NCBI GenBank assembly: GCA_977862235.1
Contig: OZ374565.1
Span: 806,001-870,000, forward strand
Direction: 5' to 3'
From: Dudresnaya verticillata
Taxonomy: Eukaryota
Length of the DNA stretch: 64,000 nt
Each line of letters begins with the position of its first letter. Position 1 is the first letter of the stretch. This document shows positions 20,665-33,099 of the stretch, piece after piece. The position numbers and the translations under genes were made by a program. The notes beneath the pieces are model-generated. The model saw only the letters and a program-made list of their open reading frames with translations, ran no database searches and had not been told where the DNA came from.

Positions 20665-23600
20665 TGTCGGAGTGAACACGAGAAATGGACAGAAAATCGG
20701 TGATTTATTCAAATATGTGTAATTAGTAATCGGGCTCCTCCGTCCGCGCGGGGAAACTGGCGACCAATCGCGGGCGGGCGGAATAAAAGCTCATGCGCGC
20801 CGACGCCTCCCGGTCCGAGGTTCAGACGACAAGCGAGCGCACGGACCGACCCTATACCTGGAAGGGGACTACTTTGTGCCCTCCGCCTTCGCCGACCAGC
20901 CTTTATCTTCCTTGCTAGCCCCGTTTCCTCTCTCTGCAGAGAGAGATGCCCGCGTAACCGCGGCTAACCCTCCTTACTGCTACCTCCTTTCATAGTTATG
21001 GGCCCAGCGGTAAACACACAAAGGCTCAAGTCCAGAGACTAGACAAAGCCTCCGAGGCTTCCTGTCGATGGTGACTACGATGAGTGACGGAAGGATGTCG
21101 CTGACTGGGTCACGACAATGAATATCATCCACGACGAGGTCGAGGACAGGAAACGCAAGACCCAGTACGATATCCTAGCTCATACGCTCTACATGGAGCC
21201 TATGACGGCATCGCAGTGTATCGTCGTGAATAGAGCTATGGGGCGCAAAGAGATCGACTTCCCCAATCCAAGTGACCCTGTTCAGGATCTCCGAGACGTC
21301 GTTAACCTTAGCGCTAAGGACACGCCATTGTTCAAGGTCACCAGACTCAGCAAGACCTCCGAAGATGTTACGGGTTGTCGTCGTAAGAAGAATGAAAGCC
21401 TAGCTTCCTTCGTTGATCAGTACCATGGTCTTACAGAGAAGCATCTGATTTACGCCAACGTGTCAACTGCATCACAAGGTTGGCCAAGTTCCCTCGATCA
21501 CCCTGTTGCACAATGCAGACCTGACCGATTCAAAGCTCACGAATGCTAAGATGGAACTGGTCCTGTGCACAGGTCCCGTTATCGAAGCACCGTTTTGACG
21601 AGTGTAGTATAGACGTCGGGTCGATCCGACCTCTGATACTCGCTGGTCCGAAGCCGTCACACAGACCCATCGATGGATAGCTGTTGTGTGGTAGAGCTTT
21701 GTCGGTCGCGTGCGCCTCGCAGGTGCGGATCGACCGCGTCGATGCTGGAGCGCGCACAGAGCATACCGTCCGCGTGTAGGCAGCGGCCGGATCCCAGCGT
21801 CCCTTTCGAAGGGCGGCACGAAGCCGACGGAAAGGAAAAGGAAAATCCTAGCGAGGCAAGGGATAAAGTAGAAGCGCCCTCTGGCGTAGAGGAAAGCGAT
21901 CGGACCCGAAACGCGGGGGGATAGCTTCGGCGCGAGCTGTTGCTTGCCCGGTTTACTGAGCCGTCGATGGCGGACGGCCTTAAATACCTTACACTATGTA
22001 CACTACGACTAATCTACAGCGCGTACGCCCTGCAACACCAACGCGGGAGGTGTGCGTGCGCTCGCCCATACACGTGTCGACACGTCCGGGTAACGGCTAC
22101 CCGTGCGCGCGCAGGGCGTATCGAGCAGCGGCCCTCTCAACGGCTCGATGCCGGAGGGCGTCACTGGGGCGCGCCGTGTGCGGCACGGCGCGCGGCCACT
22201 TCTGGCATCAATGCGGTCGACCTCTGCCAAAAATCAACGAAAAAACTAGCGGCTCGCTGCCCAATTACGACTCGCTAGCAGGCGTCATCGTACGCACCAT
22301 TACAGTGCGGGGCTGCCAGCATACCTTGCAGCCGCTGCAGATGGTGTTCTGACAGCTATACTACAAAGAGCAGCGTAGACGCACTGAAGAGCACAAGACC
22401 GTTCTTCTGGCATCCGTGGAGCCCATTGTGGAGAACATCGAGGAGATGGGCACGATTTATGAAGCAAACGCCATCCCAGGTCCGCTGCCGACACGCTCCG
22501 GACATTTTGCTAGTCGCGAGACAGCATTGACACAGCATGATCAGCAATTGAAGGACATTGCCGAACGCGTTGACTCATTCAAAGAGGATAGCCAGAAGCT
22601 TTTGTCTGATGCTGACCAGGAAGCCGAGCCATCAATCGTCGAACGTTTTAAGTCCCCTGGAATGGAAACAATGATCAACCTAGAAGACGCAGCGACCATA
22701 GTCCCCAACATGGATTAGGCTAGGCAGGCTGCCAATACCATAAACACTGAGGTGTATGAGCGCTTGAGGCGCCAGGTCCAGTCGCTCCAGGCACAGCAAA
22801 GGAACATGCACAGTTCCACGTCAGCAAGTCAAAGTGGCACTGGAAGCAGCTCGGCACGTCTCTACACGCCGATTGGAAAAGACTACAGCGGCCGTGGACG
22901 TGGACGTGGTCGAGGTTGTGGCCGATGTGGGCGTCGAGGTGTTGGATTCCGTGAGAGTTTCAAGGGCAAGTTCTATGCTTGTGGAAAGGCAGGTCACTAC
23001 GTAGGAGATCCGATCTGCGAAAAGATGACTGATGTATCGCAAGATGCAGACGAGAAAGAAGAGGAGAACGACGACTCTCACCACAAAGGCGATACCCAGA
23101 ATTTTCAACGGGGCCCCAGACACCATGGCATCTGGGGCCCTGTTGAAACTTCTGCAGTGCACTGAGATAATCCAGTCTCGTAGCTACCCCTGGGGCGAAT
23201 TCAACAATTCTTCCAACCGAGGAAGACCCAAGCCCGATCATCGACAACAGGTGTCCTCGAAGTGTAGGCAGTATCTCATCTGCCAAGTGGTTGTGCAAGG
23301 CAATCGGAATCGAGTTCAAGCTCGAGCCTCTTGACTGCTAACCTTTCATCCACGGATACGGGAAGAACTGCAGTGACGCTGAAATTGTGTGCGGCATCTG
23401 GAACCTTCCAATGACGGACATATACGGAGGTCATGTGGATATCCCTTTTTATGTAACACCTGGGGACGGGTTCATATTACTCGGAAATGAGATCCTGCAC
23501 ACGTCAAACGTGCTTAGGCCCGAGAATCGCATCCAGATACCCAAGATTTACAACCACTTGCAAAGAAGCAGATTTACCTTCCGATATACTCCGAAAGCAC

Positions 23601-26600
23601 CGGTCCTCCTAGCTCAGACGTATCTACTCGTAGTGCCAGCTCAAACGTCATCGTTCTAGTCATAATTCTTATCTCAGCATGCCCTCTCAGCAGTCCAGCA
23701 TAGGACGAGCGAAGACTTGAAGAAGCTGTTCACCAATGGGAAAGTTGCAAGGCGGTTCGCTGCAAAGTTGCATGGCTACTCGCACCTACCACCAGATACA
23801 TGACTTCGTTATGCAAGCGCGGATATGTGTTTTCTCCGGTCCTCAAGCAGGCACCCCACCCCGTGTATGACCGTTGCCCATCTTGTAAGACCGTGGGAAG
23901 GCCCGGTAACAGTCGCAAGATATCGTTTGGAAAGATCCACTCGAAGTTCAACAGTCATGTCCAGCTGGACTACATTTTCTTGTCTGAGATGGACAACGAC
24001 CCTATACTGCACATGGTTGATGTGCATGCAGCCTTGTCAGAGACAGCCCATGTCATGACTAGAAGAATGGAGGTAGCTGCTGCTGCGTTTTAATCCATTT
24101 GGATCAACCACCATGGACCTCCAGAGAAGGTATCAGGTGACCCTCAGTTCTTCAACAAGCCTTTCCAAGAATCATTAGGCTTCTTCGAAATCACATTTTA
24201 GCCAAGGCCATCACGAATTCATAACAAGCTCGGATTTGTTGAAAGAAAGACGCCGGGATTGTCATGATTGCACAAAAAATCTTGAAGGATGCAGAGTAGG
24301 CTAAGCACACCCGTGGTGTCGAGACCCATAATGACGAGATCCTTTCTCGAGCCACGTACCTTAGCAACATCATGTACGGGATCAAAACACTCAGAAGTTT
24401 CGAAATGGCTCAGAGATACCATCGGAAGATTCTCAGCATCCCTCAGTCTCCTGTAGGTGACGAGCGAATCAAAGCACCTGAAGAGCAAGTCGCTCGCCGT
24501 GCGATCCAAAAGGTGCACAGAAGCCATATTCCAAAGCCACCATCGAGTGATGAGTTCAAGGAAAACGGCCTTGTGTACTACTGCAAGCGCACAGGACCCG
24601 GAAAAGCCGGTTCCTGGCACAAAGGCTATGTCAGAGGTGCAGTACCTCACTTCTTGCTCATCTCGTCACAAAAAGGGCATGTCTGGAATCCAATCAAGGC
24701 TGCATACGAAGACGCTCGGACACCTCCGAGGACTTCGCTGCGCCTTGCGTTGGATGATATGGGTGTGTTTTGCCCATGCTCACATGCAATTGTTGACGAT
24801 GAAGAAGTGAACGCTGACAAAGAAGGCGAAGTTGAATCGGAACCCGACGATGTTGAGAAGGAACATGTCGAAGCAGAATTGGCTGTTGCCACTTCGCCAT
24901 AGGTGAATGCAGAAGCTGAGGAAAAATACCTGCTCTATGATCACGATGTGATTGACATGACAAGAGTGAATGAGATTGTTCATGAGCTGAGATTTTCAAG
25001 GGAAGAACCAGAAGCGTGGTCAGAGCATTCAGCCACAACAGCATTCCTTACTGCAATTCAGCCAAGAAAGTTGAACCTCCCAGTAGCCGATGTATGTGAA
25101 ACCGCACTGAAGAGATGCAAGGCAATGTTCGGCAAAATTGCCCACATTCCTTCAAAAGAAGCAACAATCAACAACTCCTATGCACCAGCAAGACCGAAAA
25201 AGACGTTGGTAAGGTAGAATTGACTGCGCCTCCAAACTCTCCCCACGCGCTAAAGTCTCAAGCGCAGCAAGCGCTGGAGCAGATACAAGACGTCATTGGT
25301 GACAAGGTAGTCTCAGAATCGCAGCTTGAATTCCCCCCTCGCTGGATACTAGACAAGGCCATTGACAATGAACGAAATAACTACGCTGATCAAGAAGCGT
25401 ACGAGTAAGTGCCAATCAAGTCCTTGCCTCGTGGTTCGAACATCATATCGTCCCACCACTTCTTCCAGCTAAAGGCAGACGGAGAAGCAGGCAAACGGAA
25501 GCTGAAGTGTCGCTTGGTCCCTCAGGGAAACCGAGATAAGGACAAGGACACGATGCGAAAGGACTCGTCCACAGCCCAGTTCCCCACCATCAGGTTGTTT
25601 CTATCCCTTGCAGCCATACTCCGCTCACTGCAGCTTCTTTGGACATAAAGAGTGCCTATCTGCAGGCAGAAGGATTTTCACGTACTGTATACATGTATCC
25701 ACCAAAAGGTTGGGCATCAGTACCTGGCATGGTTTGGCACATCTTGAAAGAATTGCATGGACTTTCAGAGTCAGGGCACCTTTGGCATCTCACAATTGAG
25801 CAATGGATGAACGGTGAATGAATCATATCGATTCCAGTTTTGATACAACTCTTCATTAAGCAAGATAGCAATCAGAAGATTGCGCCCCTGATTGCGAAAG
25901 TTGTTGATGACTTTCTATTGGCAGGAACGCGAAATGCCATCGAAAACTTCAATAAGCGCATTTCGAAGCGATTCAACTTGGGCCGTTTCACGATCGACAA
26001 AGACTTAGTGGTCAACCATCTGCACATTCACATAATAGATGATGGAACAATCCAGATCAACATGCAAGAGTACATGGAAAATATCAGACCGCTTGAAATC
26101 CCACCACCACGTCGCAAGCAACAGGACGTGTTGTGTACTCCGGCAGAGATACAGATGTAACAAGCAACGGCCAGAATATTGAACTTCCTTGGACACGGTA
26201 TCCTCCCGCAAGCTTCTTTCGTCGCTAGCTACCTTCAGCAAAAGCTCGGAAGACTTACAGTATCCCATCTGCGCACAGGCAACAAGTTCCTAGCTGAACT
26301 GAAGAGATTTGACCCTTCGCTCACGTACCGATACCCGAATAATGTTGCCAACCCTAGCTACTTGTCTTTTTCTGATGCAATCCAAAATGCAGGTTCGTAT
26401 GGGTAGACAGGTTATGTTTCAGGGATATACCTGCCAGCGGGGGGACCGCGCATCGACCACGATATCGATTGGTTGTCCGGTAAACAAGCAAGAGTATCGT
26501 TCTCCTCGATAGGTTCGGAGACACTAGCAGCGGCAATAAGCACCGATAAAGGTTCTTTGATGACAGAGTGCATCAACGAAATCAACTCCTCCAGGTCGAA

Positions 26601-27038
26601 GATGCCCTTCGTACTATCAATCGACTCCCATGGTCTGTACTCAACAATCACGATACTTCACGAAGGCACAGACTTCCGCACAGACTTCCGTCTGTGCCCA
26701 ACAGTCGTCAGAACGCGTGACTCCTCCGAGAAATAATAGATATCCACCATGCAGTGGAGACCAGGTCTTGAGAATCTTGCTGATGCGTTAACGAAGAGGA
26801 ACTTGTCAACGTACGAGAAGCGGAACAAGGTCATGTCGATTGGACAGCTCACAGCCGCCACCTTAAAAGAAGGACAGTTTGTTAACCTTTGGTGTACTGA
26901 TAACGCACGTCCGAAGGCAGAAAAGCACGTCAACGCCTGAAGTGCCAAGTACAGTAGACTGCGCCTTGACTATAGTACGGTGTGTAACTAGGCCAAGACC
27001 CTTCGTTTCTTTGATCTCCGGTTACTCCTTCCCTTCCA
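20665..27038 (+). mobile_element. Ty1/Copia-type LTR retrotransposon, decayed
   Basis: 5' LTR TG..CA 20665-20992; copia-type PBS TAGTTATGGGCCCAG (20993-21007); degenerate zinc knuckle FYACGKAGHYVGDPIC; protease PIIDNRCPRSVG; integrase CPSC, VQLDY, HMVD; RT KCRLVPQG, DIKSAYLQ, VVDDFL; RNase H FSDA, SETLAA, NLADALTK; INT-RT-RH order; purine tract near 26865; many stops and frameshifts. Confidence 0.92.
21603..22365 (-). mobile_element. Solo LTR (family A-related) inserted in Copia gag
   Basis: Termini TGTAGTATAG...CTATACTACA; TSD ACGAG/AAGAG (4/5); internal homology to the reverse complement of 57419-58267 (GGCAGCGGCCGGATCC, GGGCGGCACGAAGCCGACGG). Confidence 0.85.
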
Positions 27039-29481
27039 TGGACGACCTTGCGCTTGGAGTTGAAGTCTGCGCACTTGATCGACTTGACAGGAAGAGACTC
27101 CCACCCCAATACAGCTCATGATCGCGTCAAGATGAAGGCGGAGTGCTGTGTTCTCACTAGAATCAAAGATGATGGAGCGATTTCTATCAGTAACAAGGAA
27201 ATGAACAACAGGGTCGCCTCGAGAGTCAACAGCAAAAAGGCGTATGATGAAGATGCCCCTTCGATCAGATTCAAGACATCACGAAGGTCCCATCTCCGCA
27301 AACCAAACTGGCTTAGGTTCACTTCGAGCCAGCGCTGTGCATCTCCAAATGTGCAGCAGTTGTTGGCATCCTAGGTTGTCGCCAACATCATCCCATGTGC
27401 ATAGTCTAAACCATAGTCTTCATAAGAAAGATCGCGTTCGCAATCGCGCTGCGCAGAGTCTCTCCATTGGACGCATACACAAAAGGCTTTTTGTTGAAGA
27501 CACGGAAACGCTCAAACGCACGAACTAAGAGACGGTTTCCACAGCCATCAAGGTGGAAGACCTCACCTCTACCGCGGGAGCAGTCAGCAAGTACGCTTTC
27601 CATGTAGCCTTGTCGGCTGACTAGAGACCAAGTCAGGTTGAATATCGCGCCAGCTTGATTGATTCTTGCATCTCGAGTTCGCAACGCGTGAATATTGAGT
27701 GGACACAAGCTTGGAGTAATACAGAAAAATGGTGTCTTGTAGAAACGGTCATCTTGAGAATACGGGGAAGCTTCTGTGCGCCCCCATTCCACCATAAGAA
27801 GGCGTCGCACTCCATACAAAGGACGAAAGCTTTGGTTACCTGCGAAGTGGTACAACGCTTCGATGAACCCAAGGTAGGTTAGCTTGCGTAGGCTGAACGA
27901 CGGACCGGGAGCGCACGCGAGGTGCTTGCACAGAGCTTCTTTGACGTCAATTTCCCCCTTGATTCGATAAAAAACCCATGCTTGGTAAGGGTGACTGCGT
28001 CCGTGATCATCAGCGTCAACGATGAAGGTACCGCTGGAAGTAGCTTGGATACGACGCACGCAAACGTAATCCGACCTGTCATTGGGATTGGCTCCTCTAT
28101 AGCCACATTGACAGCACCTGGGCTTTCCGCCTCCTCACCCTCCAGATTATCGACTGTTGTGAGTGCAAGGTCCTCATATATGAGTTCCTCCAAGTTTTTC
28201 ATATAATCTGCATTTAGCACACTATTGATAGAAATGGGTCTGGCAGCTTCCACCAGACTTGAAACCGCTGATCCCAACGCTTCATTAGATTCTTCAGTTT
28301 CTATTCTAATATCCGCACCACCGCCATTCCAAGCTGTTTCTATCAGGCCCGCAATTGTTTATCACATCCTGTGGAACTTCATTCAAAACTGATTACACAT
28401 ACTTCACGGCTGTGAGCCGGTCAAGATTTTACATATTTCCAGAACGATTTTCAAGGTAGAGCAGTTCCGTGTTGTATTGTACGGTACGGTACCTGAGCTC
28501 CATGGTAGAAATGATACCAGCGTCTATCCGCTGCAACCTATTTTTGTTGTTAGCGGGCAAGAAGACTACCTCAACAGACTTCACCGGAGGCATTCAATCA
28601 TCCGATTCATGCCCGGAGAAAAGTTCAGAAACATTACAACCTTCCTTCGGGGTCTTAGTTGACTTTACCTGCAGAATTACTTGAGCCATTCGAAAAAAGT
28701 CTCCACTGTCATCTTCTCGAACGATTTTGAAATATAGTGGTCCTTTTCATTCCTATGAATAGTGGATATGATGCCTGTGCTATCGGTTTTGGCTCTAGAC
28801 TTTGGTCCAGTTGCAGGGTCTGCTGCTTGATTGAAGGTCTCTAGAGACTGATCAACCAACGGGGGAACCAATTCGGTACGCATCCCATAGATTAGACTAG
28901 GCCTGGATGGGTCTTCCTGACTGGGCTATCTTGTCAGTAGGCGTTATTGTAAACTCCGAGAGTTTCGTTTGACTAGGTTCTTCCAGAAAGTGTCCCACCA
29001 GAGGTTCAACCGATTGTGGTAACCGACGTTTCATCTTGTCCGGCGACCTTATGGAAATTCTAATTAAGAATTTCCATAACGAGAAACGTGGCAAATGGAG
29101 TTTCCCTCACTCCCTTCTGACGTACGATCAGAGGTCTCGGTTTATACCTGCCCCTGGTTCATCTGGTAAGCCCATTTGTGTAGCTATTGAATATGTGCGA
29201 CTTGCACTTCCCATTGAAACCGACTTTTCATTTTCTCCAAGAGTCAATTGACCTTTGTTCTAAAGGATTCTTTCTTAACGATAGAATAGCAATCGCTACA
29301 AGGGAACAAGTCGCACCGCCTTCGGCAGGGGCGGCGCTGAGCACAGCTAGACCCCGCGCCGAAGACGGACCCCGCGCCGAAGGCGCGGGGTGTAGCGGCG
29401 GCGGCGCGCGCACGAAAGTAAAGGACCAAATTAAGACATCAGGCCCACACAAAAGGTGTCGGCTGTAAGGAGCACTATTAC

Positions 29482-30250
29482 GCCAATCAATGGTGAAATT
29501 TGCTGCTACTGCTGCTGCTGCTGATTTTTTCATTGGCGCTGCGGGCGTATATATTAGATATAATTTCAGATGCGTAGAAACTACTGTGGCCCCAAGTGGG
29601 TTTGTTGGCGCATTGATATAGAAATTTGCTTATTTTTCGAGACTTGCCCAGCCCAATACTACCCATTGGGCGGTCATACCCAAATAAACTCTTACTATGA
29701 GGAGAACAAGGGTAACGACGTGGCGCTGCGCGCCGCTATGCTCCCCGCCCTCGGCGCGACTGACACGTTTATCCTTTTTGGCAGGAGGGGATACTGGGGG
29801 ATACCGGGGTACGTTTTGGTCACTTGATAAGGACAGGTGCCTGAGGATTTCTTTGTAATTATATATGTTTCCAAGCGGTAGGGCAGGTGCGGTTTTAATG
29901 GGATAAATAATGAGGCGTACGGCGGGACTGTAAGATCGCATCGCTGTAACGCGGTGCCTCTGTACATTTACTGTCAGAAATCTGAGCGCACCAATGAGAC
30001 GGCCCGTGCGCGGTTTTATTTGGCGCGAACCAGGTGCCGCGGGAAAAATGCCGCATAAAGCCAATCGGGTGGCGCGGCTTGGCAGACATTCAGAGCACAG
30101 CCAATGGGGTTGCAGATTTGCTGCTGCTGCTGCTACTGCTGCTGAATGTTTTCATTGGGCGTAAAAGGGTGATCTAGTAATATTTTGAGGCGTGTGTAGA
30201 AATACGTTTTGGCGGCAAGGGATGGTAATGGCGGGTTGATGTTTATTTTT
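29482..30250. repeat. Diverged ~150-bp direct repeats (29482-29630 and 30100-30250) around a (CTG)n core
   Basis: Both read CCAAT...ATTTG(CTG/CTA)n...TTTTCATTGG...GTAGAAA. Confidence 0.65.
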
Positions 30251-30417
30251 TGTACCTTTTTACGTGTACTAAGCCCTTGACCAGGCTCCTACTCTGACAA
30301 ATCATTGATATGACTAGAACAAGTGGACAGATCGCGGGGCGGCGCGCCGCGACCTCCCCGGAGCCATTTGCAGTTTTGTAAAGTAGTTTTCTGTGTGCCG
30401 ATGGTTCTGGTGTGACC

Positions 30418-30532
30418 TTTTGACAGGGTGCCTGGACGTGGCAGCTTGTCATTTTGACAGGGTGCCTGGCCACAACGTGCCAGTTTGTCATTCTGACAGG
30501 GTGCCTTGACGTGCCATTTTGGCATTTTGACA
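30418..30532. repeat. Minisatellite, 3 units of ~33-39 bp
   Basis: TGACAGGGTGCCT..ACGTG..(TTGTCA) x3. Confidence 0.85.
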
Positions 30533-30785
30533 TGTTGGTTTGGTGTGCTTGTCTCGCGTTTAGACAGTTTGTTTTACCTCGGCGTTCCGGTCTCCTATAT
30601 AGACAGGGTACTTGTGCATCAGATTGTCACGGCAGGGCATGTAGGATTTCGGGGAGCAACAGCACCACTCCGTGCGCCTGTACTGTATGCGGGGCACAGC
30701 AGTGCTGCGCCACCCACTGGGTCACTGCGTCGGAGATCGCGCGTCACAAAAAATACGTACTGTATGCCATGGATTACGTGGCTTA

Positions 30786-32490
30786 GGGTCTTTCTGCACC
30801 GGGACAGAGCACGGAGTAGTTTGTCTAATTAGACAGTATCTTAGCAAAACCCCTTTTGCACCAGACACGGCGCCCTTGTCCAAAATCAATCAGAAATGAA
30901 CGGGGCTTTGGGGTCGCTCGGAGGGCGACCACAAGAGGTTACTGATCTGGACAATTCGTGCCGGCGGCAAAATCTCCAGCTCAATCCCCAAAGCTTCCCC
31001 CGAACCACAGCTCCATTCCCAAACGACCCGAGGCCTACCCTTTTCAAACTCTCAGGCCTCTGCACACCCCTCGTACAATCGTGCAACTGGGGAGCTGTGC
31101 TCTGCATTCTCAACCGCCTTGTCTTGAAATGGATAAAAAAGCTTGCCATTCTGTGCATGCTGCAGGCACTGCAACAAACCGAAGAAAATCCTGATGCACG
31201 CGTGGGGGAGTTGGTCAATCAGATAGCAGCAAAATTTGCTCCAATCGACGGAAGACGCAAGAACTAAGAATTTAATGTTCACATTTAATGTCTTAGTGTG
31301 CCACACTTAGTTCTTGCGTCTTCCGTCGTGAAAAGTGCAGGGATACCTGGGAAAAGATGGTACATCGACCGCAACGAGAAGCAATGGTTCTTCAATTACG
31401 CGCTTCGCCCTGCTTTTCGCCTTAACACTGGATGGAAGGCTATATTTAGCGTGCCGTATAGCGTCTTCACGTGCGTGGTTGAGTGTGTAAGGCCCTTTGT
31501 ACAGTGCTCTTTGGTGCGCAGGAAGTTACAGCCGAAACATCGGCTGGTAAGCGACAAAGAGACGCACTGCTCTACTGCATCGGGAATCAATGCGCAATAC
31601 CCTCCTAGTAATAGTAAAGCATTGTTCATGTGAGATGTTGCTAACCATTACAACTTTTCCACTAGACGTTCCATGACCACCCACTCGCATTTTGGCCTTC
31701 CCTTCATTTGCCTCTTGCATTTCGAGCAGTATCACATCACGTCGCACCTTTTTCCTCCATGAAGCTCTCGAGCATACTATTTGCTGAGATCCTAACTTGC
31801 TTGCGACTGCTCGTAGGGGTGCTGTCAAACTCGTTATCGAGAATTATTGCAGAAGACGTGAGAAGAGCTGGCGGTTTTTGGCAAGCTTTGTCGGGTTCTA
31901 GTTCGTGCAGCTGTTCAACAAAATCCGGCTTGTCGTAGAGATCCCCCGCATCCCCATCCCTATCAGACTGAGAACGTTTTGCGATGTACGCGGAGTACTC
32001 CTGCTTCATCCCCGTAAATTACTTCTGCCATCCCTCCTCTGAACGCTTGATCCCCTTCTCCGCCTTCGCCAGCTGCGTAGCCTTGGCAAAACGTCCTTGA
32101 GTGACTTCTTCTGTTTTTGCGGTCCCCATATCCCGCATCTTTCATTTTCTTTAGAAGAAGTAGAACGGCCAATCTCCCTATCGTAGTTGCTGGTAGCTGG
32201 GTCAGCAACAGGAGAGGGTACCGGGGCGGCATCTCGGTCTCTCAGCATGACCGGCGCAGAAGCGGCGGAGGAAGGTGGTGCAACCTGCGAAATTGACGGG
32301 ACAGCATTCCCCATACGCGTTGGGGCTGGTGCTTCGACTGGCATTACCGCAAGAGGTTCAACCAAATCCAGAACGCCCTCGTTCCCACTTTCGATGTGCT
32401 CAGTCGGCGTCGCACCCAAGCCCCGCCCAGTTGATGCTGTGTCGGCGGGTGGTGGTAAGGGTTGTGAGAGAGCGGGTTAAGCATTGACGA
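30786..32490. mobile_element. Internally deleted PIF/Harbinger-like remnant
   Basis: TTA followed by a GGGTCTTTCTGCACC terminus; + strand fragment resembling a Harbinger transposase N-terminus (WKAIFSVPYSVFTCVVECVRP); convergent minus-strand broken ORF resembling Harbinger ORF2 (KQEYSAYIAKRSQSD...PDFVEQLHEL...PPALL). No partner TIR found. Confidence 0.45.
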
Positions 32491-33099
32491 GAGTGGGAGG
32501 CTCATGCTGCCGCAGAACGCAAAAAGAATAACTGCAAGAATTCTATCTCGGCGTCCTGGTAGAACGCTTCTCTTTTTCCGCCTGTAGATCTTATGCGGAA
32601 AGCTACGCATTCATGCTTAGTTCTGCAGGGTGAGTGAAGCTAACCCAAACGTGGTGCAAGTGTTTCTGTTTGCCCGAACGTTTGCCGCGAAAATGTTTCG
32701 ATCAAGCGGAAGGCTTTGGCGTGCACAACATGTGTCTTTGTATAACATGCGTGTGGTTTGATGGGAGCAGGGTGTGGTGTTAGGTTGCGGGAGAGGAAGA
32801 TGGGGGATGGGGGCATTTCTGTATTTGCTCACAACTGTCCAGCCCTGGTGCGGATGTCTCATGGACAATTTTGCCAATGCGCCGTGTCGTTCGAGGACAT
32901 GGGGTGATTGTATCCTGGTGCTCGAGAAGGGTTTATCGAGAAACTTAAAAGCGTTATACTTTAGGACCTATGGTACACCTGCTTCGGTCCTTTTTGTCCT
33001 TGGGCTTGAAATTACACAAGATAATGATGGCATAGTTTCCATATCTGCTGACTGAAAACTCGAACATATTTCTCCGTATGAATTTAGTCGATTCCGGCG

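Noticed and set aside
30418..30532. Possible CRISPR array
   Set aside because: Only three units, the intervening parts are similar rather than unique spacers, there are no cas genes, and the context is eukaryotic.
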